Notes under the pieces: model-generated
Seen by the model: the letters and a program-made list of their open reading frames with translations, nothing else
Told to the model about the DNA's origin: nothing
The model's database searches: none
Source: Catajapyx aquilonaris
Lineage: Eukaryota
Reading direction: 5' to 3'
NCBI GenBank assembly: GCA_000934665.2
Contig: KZ539137.1
Coordinates: forward strand, 1-33,045
Length of the DNA stretch: 33,045 bases
Part shown: piece by piece, positions 1 through 10,538 of the stretch
Position numbering within the stretch: position 1 is the stretch's first letter
Layout of the letters: each line of letters starts with the position of its first letter
Made by a program: the position numbers and the translations under genes

Positions 1-686
1 GGGGGGGGGCAGATCTTTTCGCCATACATGTATCTCCACAAAAAAAGCCAGTCGAGCTAAGATCTGGGCTTCTGGGAGGGCTAGGCATCGGGAAACTTCT
101 CATTCAAGACTTCGCACACTGGGAAGTTGAACAAATGAAACTTTCCTATGGCAGGATTATTTCATGGATGATGTGACTTTTTTATGTGCATCATCAAGAA
201 CAGTGTTGTGGTGTAAATACCCATAATCTCCAGCACCTATGTCCTGCTGGATACAATTGCAATGGTAACTCCAGATATTCTTGAGCAGGTTTGGCTCGAG
301 ACCAAATACAGTATTTTTTTTGTTTTCTGAGCACCAAATGAAGCTCATATCAAAACAAACTATGGTGAGACCAAAACCTGAGACATTTCTTGGCATTTCA
401 AAACTTAAATCATTAAGATATGTCTACAAGTTTTCGAGTTATAGGGTTTTTTAAATTGGGGCACTCTTTTTCAATGACCCTGTATTGCTGCAAAAATATG
501 AAGGTGACACTTATTGCAAGGCTTCATTGAGTTCACTGGAATAGCTTTGAGTGTATTTTGCAACAATATGTTCAAAACTTGGGGACACTTTCAAAATCCA
601 AAGATGAGTGAACTTATCAGGGTACCAAAGAATTGGGAGACTACACAAAATACACAATCATGGCTTTCACCATATGTGATATGACT

Positions 687-1143
687 AATACCGAAGCAGT
701 TTGGTGGAGTGGATAAGGTGTTCGACTGCTAATCGGGAGGTCCTGGGTTCGAGTCCCGGGGCTGGCAATCCTAACCATGGTTTTCTATGGTTTCCCACGG
801 TCCCTCCAGGAGAATTCCGGGATTGCTTCCTAAATAATAGGCCACAGCCGCTTCCTTCCTTTCCTATCCTTGTCCCGTCCATGAGGAGGTGCGGTGTCAG
901 TGAGGGGTTTCTGATCCGCATCTAGGGGGGTCATCTTGGCGAACAGGCCCCCTGAGGGACTGAACACGACCCCCAAGTTGAGACATTGCACCTGCACCAG
1001 TGTCCCCCCCNCCCCCTCATTATCCCTATCCTGTCCCCTTGCACTGGAAGAAAGAAAAATAAGACAAGAAAATTGATGGTGGTGTACCACCCCACAACAG
1101 GGCCTATGTAGGCCTATCACGGGGTAAAACAAATGAAGAAATT
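687..1143 (+). mobile_element. tRNA-derived SINE, family A, copy 1
   Basis: A-box-like TGGTGGAGTGG and B-box GGTTCGAGTCCC in a tRNA-like head; ~180 bp nearly identical to 4608-4787; 12-bp TSD TGTGATATGACT at 675-686 and 1144-1155. Confidence 0.9.
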
Positions 1144-1394
1144 TGTGATATGACTTAGATGTGCAAGAAATTGCACAAAATTCGAATTTGTAACGATGTT
1201 TATAGAATTCTCATATGTGAGCAAGGTTTTGGACATTTCAGTTGATGCACCCTGTATATTACAGTGTTCAAAGAAACTAACATCATGTGTGACTTCTAGC
1301 AAGCCTGGCTATATTAGCATGATGGTGAAACTTATTATACAGTGTGCTGTCCAACAAGGAAAGTATGCTCCATACGGAAATTCTGAGTTTTAGG

Positions 1395-2150
1395 TGTTTT
1401 TCAATAAGCAGAAAGTATTGAGGTGCTTGTAACAATTGAAAGTACTGCTCCACTTTTCTTGCCCATTGGTGCCCACTCCTCATCACAATTTTATCAGCTC
1501 TCCTACATATTGATGGAACAGCAGCCTACAATGATTTATTAATCAGTTTTTTATCCATGTGTAGCTCGTGCCTTGATCTGGTGAATGGCATTGGTGCAGC
1601 AGAATGTTATGCTGATGACATGAAAAAGGACATGGCCCACACGTTTCGCAACAGCTGCAGTGAACGTGAGAGACGTGCAACACCAAAAGATGGTCTGATA
1701 TATGTGGATGTCATGATTGTACCATCCAATGGCGAAGGAGCCAGAGAACAACCAATTTCTTGCGCAATGTGTCCTGGGAAGTTATTTAAGGATCAAAAGC
1801 AACTCCAAGAGCACCTGAAATACCACAAAACAAATGTGCATGGATGTTCCCAGTGTGGGAAAAAGTTCAGATCCCAACGCATTTTGGAGGAGCACTGGAA
1901 CACCCACACAGGAGTGAAGCCTCACGGATGTGGTGAGTGTGGCAAGACATTCTCCCTAAGCAGCAGCCTTCGAAATCATCTCAAGTATCATCAGGGAAAT
2001 GGCCCGGGGCATACCAGATCTCACCAGGTCATGCATGGAGGAAATGGGGACACAATGCAAAGGGTGGAGCAAGTGAGTTCATATCATTAAGATGATGTAG
2101 GCCTTCTAGTCATGGAAAGGCCATAGCAGAGAAAAGCATCCTGGCAGCAT
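1395..2150 (+). pseudogene. ZAD-like/C2H2 zinc-finger coding segment, probably decayed (or an internal exon of the downstream ZNF gene)
   Basis: ORF 1557-2090 has CSSC (ZAD-like second Cys pair) and three intact C2H2 fingers (CAMC..HLKYH, CSQC..HWNTH, CGEC..HLKYH; TGVKP linker). In-frame TGA at 1419 and 1437 upstream. The fourth finger lacks its CxxC (GNGPGHTRSHQVMH), and degenerate finger-like peptides follow in other frames. Possible donor AA|GTGAGT at 2072/2073. Confidence 0.55.
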
Positions 2151-2364
2151 GGAATGAGGAGTTGGGTGAGGGGGTGATGGGAGAGGCTTGGGTCAATTGG
2201 ACGGTGTTATGCAATAATGAGTCAACTCACATAAGAACCATTTTGAGAAAAAGTGCTTTGAATGTCACACCTGCCAAATTTATTCAGTGTCCTTTTCGAT
2301 CATTTATGGCAGAAGTATGCAGATTTCGCCAGCCTGATTTTAACTGTATGATCCTTTGGGAATA

Positions 2365-2773
2365 CAGGGTGACCAGCGGTCAGGGAAAACACGGAAAACA
2401 CAGAGAAATTGGAAATTAGCCGGTAGACAGGGAAAATACAAGGAAATTCGTGTCAGTGACTCAAAATATCCTAAAATTACACTAGGCAGCAAAATTTTAA
2501 TTTTGTTGCCTGACAAATTTGTTGACAAATTTTTTGTGTTGATCTGGAAGGATATTTTGATGTTGTTTCTTTATTTAGTTTGGTGTGAGATATCAAATCC
2601 AACGGTGGTATTGTTTTTTTTTTTGTATCAAGATTTTTCTCGTTTACTTAAATTTTGTGAAATTTGCACAGAGGTTCCGAAAAATACGAAAATGAGGCAT
2701 GGAAAAAGTCAATGCAGACACGGAAAACGGAAAACACAGGGAAATTGTGTTTTAGTCACTGCTGGTCACCCTG
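2365..2773. mobile_element. Non-autonomous DNA transposon (MITE) with 5-bp TSD, hAT5-like
   Basis: TIRs CAGGGTGACCAGCGGT / ACTGCTGGTCACCCTG; GAATA duplicated at 2360-2364 and 2774-2778; subterminal GGAAAACAC repeats. Confidence 0.8.
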
Positions 2774-3631
2774 GAATATGTTCCTGGGATTTGTGGGTTG
2801 ACACATTATTGCATAACACCATCCAATTTAGGACAGCAGATAGCATGGCAGTGAAAAAACAGAGAAATTGGTGTAGCAGAGCAGGACAGGCAATGAGTGC
2901 TAGTATTGTTTAAATTATGAACAGGTGCTTGTGAGGTAGATTTGTTGCAAAAGCCAACACACAAATAACAACAAATACAGAAATCCATCAATCACCACCC
3001 CCCCACACACAGTCTTGCTGTTTTCCAACCAAAAATAGTCCCCTTCCTCACAAGTATTGTCAAGCTAGCAATTCCAGGAATATATTATGAGACATAGTGT
3101 GGTGTCGGATGGTCCAGAAAGGGTTACTCAGAGGCTTCCTTGGAGGGCCGAGAGTAAACCCGGCTGTAGTTTCTATTTTTGTGACTCGCAGGAAATAATG
3201 CGAACCTTTTTATTTCCATTATGAACATATTTTCTCTGAAGGGAGCCAAAAATCCCTTCCGTTTCCGCATTGGTTAGATTCCGTCATATCCATCAAAAAA
3301 TACGTTGCATGCCCTATGCATACGCCCGTTCCCAGAAAAAGTTCTGCAATGGATAGCTTTCCGCTATACCCAGGGTCTGTAATGGGCAGGTTTCACTGCA
3401 TAACCACTTGTTTGGAGTTTACCATAGATCATGCTGGCCCTGGATAGTGTGAGCTAGCAACTACTCCCAAAATGCATTAGGATTAGGGTCAAGTTTTAAC
3501 ATAGTTGGTAGTAGGTGTACTCTTTCTGCAATGGAATACTTCAGGAGCATTTTTATGGGTCCCCTAATTACTGGCTGCTTGCTTAAACTTAGCCTTGATG
3601 CACTTGTTAATGCTGAATCCCTTTTTTTCAG

Positions 3632-4447
3632 ACTCATTCTGCCCCAACCCCTCCCTCTAGAGACCAACCTACGGTTCCTCCAGGTGATACAAAAGATCTC
3701 GCCAACCCCCGTCCTCATAACTGCTGCTACTGCACCCGTGCCTTCTCTCGCCGTGTAGAACTTCATCGCCACGAGCGCACCCACACTGGAGAAAGGCCAT
3801 TCCAATGTGAAGAATGTGGAACCACCTTCTCACAGAAATCGAACCTACAGTGGCACAAGCGCTCACTCCACTCAGATGAACGACCCTTTGTTTGTATGCT
3901 ATGTGATAAAAGTTTCAAGAGGAAGGAAATGCTACGTTATCATACCATGAGTGCTCACACCAATGAGAGGCCTTTCAAGTGTAGCCTTTGTGGTGCTACT
4001 TTTGTTTACCCATGGCATTACAAAAAGCACCTTCAAATTCACACTGGAGAAAAGCCTCATGAATGTGAGGTTTGTGGGAAAGCCTTTGCATGTAGACAAA
4101 ATCGAAATGCTCATAGATTTATTCACTCTGAAAAGAAGCCTTATGAGTGCAGGGTATGTGGTCAAAGTTTTATGCGGAAGGCTGCTCTGTACATCCACAT
4201 GCAAAACGAAGAGCATGTTGAGGATATCATAGTTGTCAATCAGCTGCAATTTCCACCTACTGATGTAGTTACAAGTGAAGTAGGGGATAGCCTTATAGGG
4301 AAGGATATGGTTGATCAAGACCTTAATGATGAAGATGCATCTGCAGTGAGGGATATTTTGCAGGATAGAGTTCCAGATCTGGCAGCTTTGGTTGAGGAGA
4401 GCCAAGTTGAAGTTGTGTTGGTCCAACCAAACAATGAAAGTTTGTAA
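3632..4447 (+). CDS. C2H2 zinc-finger protein, terminal coding exon (six fingers plus acidic tail)
   Basis: Strong acceptor CCCTTTTTTTCAG at 3631. Open phase-0 frame THSAPTPP...RPHNCCYCTRAFSRRVELHRHERTHTGERPFQCEECG... continuous with ORF 3896-4447. TGEKP-type linkers; AATAAA at 4495-4500. Confidence 0.9.
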   Translation, partial: THSAPTPPSRDQPTVPPGDTKDLANPRPHNCCYCTRAFSRRVELHRHERTHTGERPFQCEECGTTFSQKSNLQWHKRSLHSDERPFVCMLCDKSFKRKEMLRYHTMSAHTNERPFKCSLCGATFVYPWHYKKHLQIHTGEKPHECEVCGKAFACRQNRNAHRFIHSEKKPYECRVCGQSFMRKAALYIHMQNEEHVEDIIVVNQLQFPPTDVVTSEVGDSLIGKDMVDQDLNDEDASAVRDILQDRVPDLAALVEESQVEVVLVQPNNESL

Positions 4448-4604
4448 TGCTGAATGGGACTGTCACTTGTTTATGTGGTAATATACCTGGACAAAATAAA
4501 TCTTTTTCTATGTTCACCTATTATTTAGATTTATAGGATCATCGTCAGCAGCAATCATAGCATTTCCCCCCAAAAATTTGGTGCCAGCAAATAACGAGGA
4601 AGAG

Positions 4605-4904
4605 TAACTGAAGCAGTTTGGTGGAGTGGATAAGGTGTTCGACTGCTAATCGGGAGGTCCTGGGTTCGAGTCCCAGGGTCAGCAATCCTAACCGTGGTTT
4701 TCTGTGGTTTCCCACGGTCCCCCCAGGTGAATTCCGGGATTGCTGCCTAAATAATAGGCCACAGCATCTTACTTCCTTTCCTATCCTATCCCAAAAAGCT
4801 AAGTAAAAATGAAAGCGAAGAGTTCCAGTCAAAACAAAATTGGGATGAACTCCCCCCCTAAAGAGCCGCCAGCTGATAACGGGGTATGAATTATTATTAC
4901 ATGT
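4605..4904 (+). mobile_element. tRNA-derived SINE, family A, copy 2
   Basis: Same head as 692-870; (ATT)n-like tail; 14-bp TSD ATAACGAGGAAGAG at 4591-4604 and 4905-4918. Confidence 0.9.
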
Positions 4905-6138
4905 ATAACGAGGAAGAGCTCCTTGTTACCTCATATGACAAATAGAAAAAATTATGGAGCACTGCACTGGTCAGATTTACAGGATGATTTTACAATTGGA
5001 AAGTTCAAATCTGACCTTCAATGGTATAAGCACAAATTTTTAGTATCCATGGTAGGCCTGTAAGTATTTTTTCCCATTTTTAAAGCATTTGAAATCGGCA
5101 TGATATGCAACCCCAGTATATATAATCAGGCCATTACATTTGGTTGTCATAAATGGATTCTCAGATTCTCAGATTGTTGTCTGATTAAGTCTGATGCAAG
5201 TATTATTGACCATAGTCAGGTTTGTGCTTGCTGCCAGAAAACATTTTCCTGCTGGAAGAGAACCAGAAAAACTTGTTATTCATATTATTTTGTCAAAAGC
5301 TTTTCTGGTTAATTCCAGCCTGAAAATGTTACCTGGAGATGGTCAATGCAACCTTGTGCATAATTTAAAAGTTCATTCTGCATTGAGTTGTTACAACATC
5401 TGCATAAAATGAAGAATGATTATTGTCCCCGGCTTGGTTGAATGCAGCAGTGAAGGAAGACCATGGATGGATTTACTCTTGCTATTGTCATGTTATTGTT
5501 GCCAGTTGCCAGTATACAACAATAATACTTTGATAATAAATCATAACTGTTTATTTACTTTTGTAGCTGCATATTAAGCATCTGTACAAATCCATGGTCA
5601 CTAATGCATATGGTATACCACTAATATATTCATGTGACATCATGTGTCACTAGTAAATTCAATCCAAGAAAGGACTTTCAGAAAATTGTCTGATAGGGGC
5701 CTTAGCATCATTCCAGTGTCAACTAATCTAAATTCATTTCCAAAATTAATTCTGCATCATAGTATACCAACAGATACCAACATTGGGGTAGCGAGTGATG
5801 ATGAAGGAACCGCAAGGGTTCCTAATGTTATTACATGCATCACTCCTCTTAATAACTCTTAATAACTCTTAATAACAATGATTCTCTGGTGCATACGGAG
5901 GGGTAATGTGTTTGATGTTATTGTATCTAACAGCTGACATCAGGTAATCAGTGATTGATGTAGACTCAGTGCCAGATTAAAACCTGTGGAGGCCTCTAGG
6001 CCGTTCAAATCTCCGAGGGGCCCTCGCAAATTATCTAATACGTTTTTGATTTTACCAACCAACAATTTTAATATATCATTTTTTGCACTAAAACAAATGC
6101 TAACAATTATTATTGCTATTCAATAAATTATCATATTA

Positions 6139-6726
6139 CAGTAAAACTTCTATAAGTTGAATATCCATGGGACCTGGAAAAAACTTCGAGTTATAGAAGA
6201 TTCGAGTTAGAGAAGTTCAGATTTTTTTAAGCACAAAACTCTGTAAGGAAGCCTACCTTTATATCCAGCGACGAAAGGTGTTCAAAACTTAAAAATAGCT
6301 GTCACTATCACATTTACAATGTTCCTCATTGTTTTGTTGTAAAAAAGAACTCCATTATGGACATTTATCTACTCTTAGACTCAAGGATTCAATTGTCACA
6401 ATCGAGTCAAACACTTCTTTCCGTTCATCTGGTAGACGGAGATCAGGAAATTGAGCCTTTCTGTATATGTGGCCTACTTTGGACCCTTCGGCTGGGAAAT
6501 GAGAAAATTTTCCGTACTTGCCAACATGAACTTCGACTTACCCTAGGGAGACTGAAAATGCATTGATATCCCATCGTAAGGCCCTGCCTGCACTTCGAGT
6601 TATAGAAATTCGAGTTGGAGAAGTTTATTTCCTATTATTTTACATTGTGACCAACCAAGCTCATCATTTTCTTCGACTTATAGAGAACTTCGACTTAGGG
6701 AAGTTCGACTTATAGAAGTTTTACTG
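6139..6726. mobile_element. pogo/Tigger-like MITE nested in the hAT element
   Basis: TA TSD; TIRs CAGTAAAACTTCTATAAGT; TTCGAGTT subterminal repeats; close copy at 15123-15670. Confidence 0.9.
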
Positions 6727-7617
6727 TAGCCTATGTTAGTACACACTATTACACAACATTATTATACTTTTATTTGAATAAACCAAGAAAACTTGAAACA
6801 TTCAACTTTCCTCAATTTTTTAGTCATGAAATCTTTCAGGATATCTTGGAAGCCTGCCTTTTGCAAGATGGCATATTCAGTGGGCCATGATGGCAAGTGA
6901 GTTCAGGCGTTCTTGTGTCATTGAAGAGAGATGACAATATTTCAGCAGTTTTAGCTTTGAAAGGTTACTTCACTTGTACCGTTCGTGATCATGTGACACC
7001 GATAAATTCTTAACACAGTCATAAGTCATAACATTTGGGAACATTGATTAGGCCTACATATAAGAAATTTAAGAATATTTAAGAAAATTAGTTTTCATGA
7101 TCGTGATGCTTGCACTGTTTCATCAGCTTTGAAATCTTAGAACTGCAATATGATATGAAATACATGAAATGAACCATTTCATCTGCAAACTCCAAATAGT
7201 GTATTATGTCCTCAGGATAATTGAGGGGCTGAGATCCTGGGTGCATGAAGGGCCCATCCCACACAACGTAACTGCCGAGAAATGAAGCTGTACTGCGGGA
7301 AGTTCTCCTTACATCCTGCTAGTAATAATGATTTTTTAATGTCTCCAGGACCTATCCAAACTGGCGGAGGTTTTGCATGCCACTAACAGACAGAGTAGTA
7401 GCTACACAACAGTGGAAAAATCTCATTTTTGCTCAGTGCGGGATGGGCCCTTGCACCCAGCCCCTAAATTCTCGCTATATCTTTGAGCAACTTCTCTCAT
7501 TCCGGTGTCTGTATTCTCAACGAGGAACCCAAATGGAGAATTAACTTTGTCATACCATATGCTTCCATATGCCAGGAAAGCTCTGCACATAATGTATTCA
7601 ATATTGGTAGGTAAGTT

Positions 7618-7842
7618 CAGCGGCGTAGCCAGGAAATAATTTGTAAGGGGGGGGTTATGTGAGGGAAGAACGAAGAGGCCCGCCGCAGGCAAAATTTTTT
7701 TATGCTGTTCAAGCTCACACGAGCTACAATATTGGCGCATGTGCGTTTTAACACCTTCAAATTGCGGATTGGAACTATATTTTTTGGGTCCCGGGGGGGA
7801 GGGGGTGTTACAAACCACCCCCCCCCCCTGCCTATGCCACTG
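7618..7842. mobile_element. hAT-type MITE nested in the hAT element
   Basis: Ends CAGCGGCGTAG / CTATGCCACTG; 8-bp TSD GGTAAGTT / AGTAAGTT (7/8). Confidence 0.8.
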
Positions 7843-8121
7843 AGTAAGTTTCAATACTGAACTTTTCCTCGAAGCACAGCCTCCTCTGCATCACCATCGC
7901 AATGATGTCTTTTTCTTATGCTTTAATGTACATAAAATTGTCATTTCTTTGAGTTGATTGTTTCTATCTTCTGGAAACAATATTTAAGAAAGCTTGATAG
8001 TAATTTTCTTTCAATATCAAACCAATATCATTTTGATCTGTTGTGGCGGGCCCCCTAAAAGGTGTGGGGCCTGTAGACCGGTGCCTACTCTGCCTATATT
8101 TGGTAATCTGGCACTGTATAT

Positions 8122-8183
8122 TTATTTATTTATTTATTTTATTTATGTAACCTCGTTATGGGGCAGCGCCCCTATAGGGGGAC
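8122..8183 (-). mobile_element. 5'-truncated retroelement 3' tail
   Basis: (TTTA)n tract plus ~40 bp, flanked by the 16-bp duplication ATCTGGCACTGTATAT (8106-8121, 8184-8199), which copies the hAT right TIR end. Confidence 0.7.
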
Positions 8184-8939
8184 ATCTGGCACTGTATATA
8201 GATTCCAGCTAAACACCAATATATGTCAACAAGAAGGTAACTCACCAATGGCCTCAGTCAGTATAGTGGAGCCAATAGTTGTGCGGGTGTCCTAGGTGTG
8301 ACTATAGTTCCACAGCAATTAGTTTTGCTAATTCTGTGAATTGTACCTGTTATTACGGGATATGCTATCCCTATTGCCTGTGAATCTATTCACCACTGTT
8401 AATATAAGGACAGATTTGTCACCAAAAATGTTGTCTTTATGGAAGTTGTTTGAATGCTTCACATTTTATGTGATGCTGATTTTCAATTTTACCAAATTAA
8501 TTGGCAAAGGGTTCACTAGTTACAACTGACAAAAAGAGGGGGTGGGGGAGGTTCAATTAAGTTAGCAGCTAATAATGTAATTAAACTTTTTTTCCAGGGA
8601 GGAGAATAATTGCTGGTGTTACACTGAGGACACTGAACCAACACTGCAAACCAGAGACACGAAACTCATGCTGTGAAGACCTCGGGGAAGAACGCTCAAG
8701 ATCCACTTAATTTTTGTCAAAAATGAGTTACATATCTCAGAAGATAGTTTCCCTAGTGTAGAATATGATGGTTTGGTCGTGGTTGTGGAGTAATGATCAT
8801 AGGTCACTATGGAAGGCCCTGAAAGTATTCGGCAAAATAATGATGTATTTATAGAATACCGTACCGTATCTGCCTAATGTCACTGATGCATACCTAGAGT
8901 AAATAGCAGTCGTAAGAGCCGCTACGCTAAGTCGCGTGG

Positions 8940-9124
8940 AGAAGGTACTTCCGGTTGCCGAGTGGCAGAGAGGGCGCTCGTGTCACAGTCTCTTCGCGGC
9001 GCTGCCATTGGTGCCTGCACTGGGGACGTGGTGTGAGGCTGTGTGCTGAGGGCCTGCCGGAACGCATCACTTTTTCGTCGGGCTTTTGGAAAAGTTATGG
9101 TGCTGTGAGCTAACCCAGGTACGT
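8940..9124 (+). promoter_or_regulatory. RpS9: Probable RpS9 promoter and non-coding first exon
   Basis: CpG-rich stretch; ETS-like ACTTCCGG at ~8947; pyrimidine TCT/TOP-like starts (TCTCTTC ~8989, CTTTTTC ~9070); candidate donor CAG|GTACGT at 9118/9119. An upstream exon is needed because an acceptor lies 7 nt before the ATG. Exact TSS and donor are uncertain. Confidence 0.55.
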
Positions 9125-9842
9125 GCCCGTCCCCACCTCTGGCCCTCCCGGCTGGCATGGCATAGTCGATGTAGATTGATCTCATCGCGTCGTTACAGAT
9201 TTTGACGGATTATGATTCGCCTCGTGGCCGGTACGCATTCGTTAGGGAAATTCTTTGACCGGGCGGGGAGAACAGACGTTCATGTAGAAGGTATGGCATG
9301 GCACGCCTTCTTGCTGGCAAGGCTGACCACAGTGTGGCATTGGCTTGTGTGGTCCTCGACATACCACCCACCAACATTGCTTCAACCAAAGGTGTACGGA
9401 CTTTATAGTAGGTAGCAAGGATTATCACTAATGTCGGCAATGAGACTTACAAAGGACTGTGATGTCAATATCATACTTGTGATGAACCTATTAGTTAAAG
9501 ATTCTTAGAGGTGAGTGTTGGTTCTGGGTAAGGATTTTCTGCCGGCCGTCCCCTGCCCTCCTCGACCATCTAAGCCTCGTTGTGCAAAGCCAGAGTGCTA
9601 CAATGTAAGCTGTTTCTGCCCATGTCTTTCCTATGCATGCCATTGTCTAGTTACTGCCTGACCTAATTGCAGGAAAAGTGGATTTTCTGCCTACTTGACA
9701 AAAATGCCAGTAATGATATGGTTTTGCTCGGAACACAAATACCAAAGAGTTGAAGCATTTTACTAGGACACGTGATGAGATCCATATTTTAGTAGTGGGA
9801 AAATATTGCTAGGAAATCAGGGTGGTATTAGCATTTTCATGT

Positions 9843-9922
9843 GTCCCGTGATGAGAACTGAGCTTAATATCCGATACCTCTCAACTGAACAGTGGTGTTG
9901 AGAAGCCCAGATGCCTGAGGAC
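9843..9922 (+). ncRNA. Box C/D snoRNA candidate, copy 1
   Basis: Terminal stem GTCC/GGAC; C box GTGATGA 9848-9854; D' CTGA 9885-9888; C'-like GTGGTGT 9892-9898; D box CTGA 9915-9918; 78/80 identical to 12814-12893; sense strand in a ribosomal-protein intron. Confidence 0.8.
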
Positions 9923-9957
9923 TTGATGCAATGTCTTGGTACAGATACTTGGTTATA

Positions 9958-10369
9958 CAGGCTGAAGGGAAACTTGCTGATAGTACTGCTGATAGGCTGA
10001 TAGTACTCGCAAAACTAAGTTACATAGTTAATGCGTACAGCACCCTTAAAGTGTAGAGGGCCGGTTGGTGGAATATGAGCAAAAACGACAAAGTGCATGG
10101 GCGCCGTACCCGGATTCATACTCGGATGGGATTTGATTGCCTTTTGCACATGGACGATGTGTTACGGGAACCAAGGCAAGGGACCGGAGGCCCTCGAACT
10201 GACTTTTGCTTCTCAGAAGCTGGTGGAATGGACGTGACGTCACGAAACTTGAACGGCGCCATATGCATTACTACTCAACGGAGCCCAAAACTAATTGCAC
10301 ATCCCTATATTAGTTTTGCGAGTACTATCAGTCTACCTGGCGATTGTACGTGAGTTTCCCTTCACCCTG
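9958..10369. mobile_element. Tc1/mariner-type MITE
   Basis: TA-flanked TIRs CAGG(C/G)TGAAGGGAAACT (16/17); absent from the paralogous site at ~13050. Confidence 0.85.
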
Positions 10370-10373
10370 TATA

Positions 10374-10538
10374 CAGGGTGTCTAAACTTTTTGTCCAAAC
10401 AGTTATTGGAAAAGCCTATGTATCTTCTAGCTATGTAGCCAGAATATGCCAGGAATGTTGGGGCATATTCTGGCTACATAGCTAGAAGATACATAGGCTT
10501 TTCCGATAACTGTTCAGACAAAAAGTTGAGACACCCTG
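10374..10538. mobile_element. Palindromic Tc1/mariner-type MITE
   Basis: TA TSD, CAGGGTGTCT ends, near-perfect ~78-bp arms. Confidence 0.9.

Larger units (their letters stand above)
5967..8116 (-). mobile_element. Decayed hAT transposon with transposase remnant
   Basis: TIRs CAGTGCCAGATTA / TAATCTGGCACTG with GGGCCC-type subterminal motifs. Minus strand ~6815-7043 gives frameshifted FPNV..LRIY...(S)KLKLLK...SSMTQERLNSLAIM...DILKDF, typical of the hAT C-terminal dimerization domain. Confidence 0.85.

Noticed and set aside
693..772. tRNA-Ser(GCT)-like gene (CTGCTAA loop), also at ~4610-4685
   Set aside because: No good acceptor stem or long variable arm, and it is embedded in a longer TSD-flanked repeat, so it is a SINE head.
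871..980. HDV-like or hammerhead ribozyme in the SINE body (GGCGAA motif, hairpins)
   Set aside because: I could not assemble the nested double pseudoknot or a CUGANGA/GAAA core.
3932..4426. 164-aa minus-strand ORF, and similar antisense ORFs over Sac1 and ERGIC2 exons
   Set aside because: Shadows of real coding exons with no recognisable domain.
9861..9877. AGCTTAATATCCGATAC resembles U2 snRNA in sense orientation
   Set aside because: Only ~17 nt with mismatches; no U2 5' end or Sm site, so treated as coincidence within the C/D RNA.
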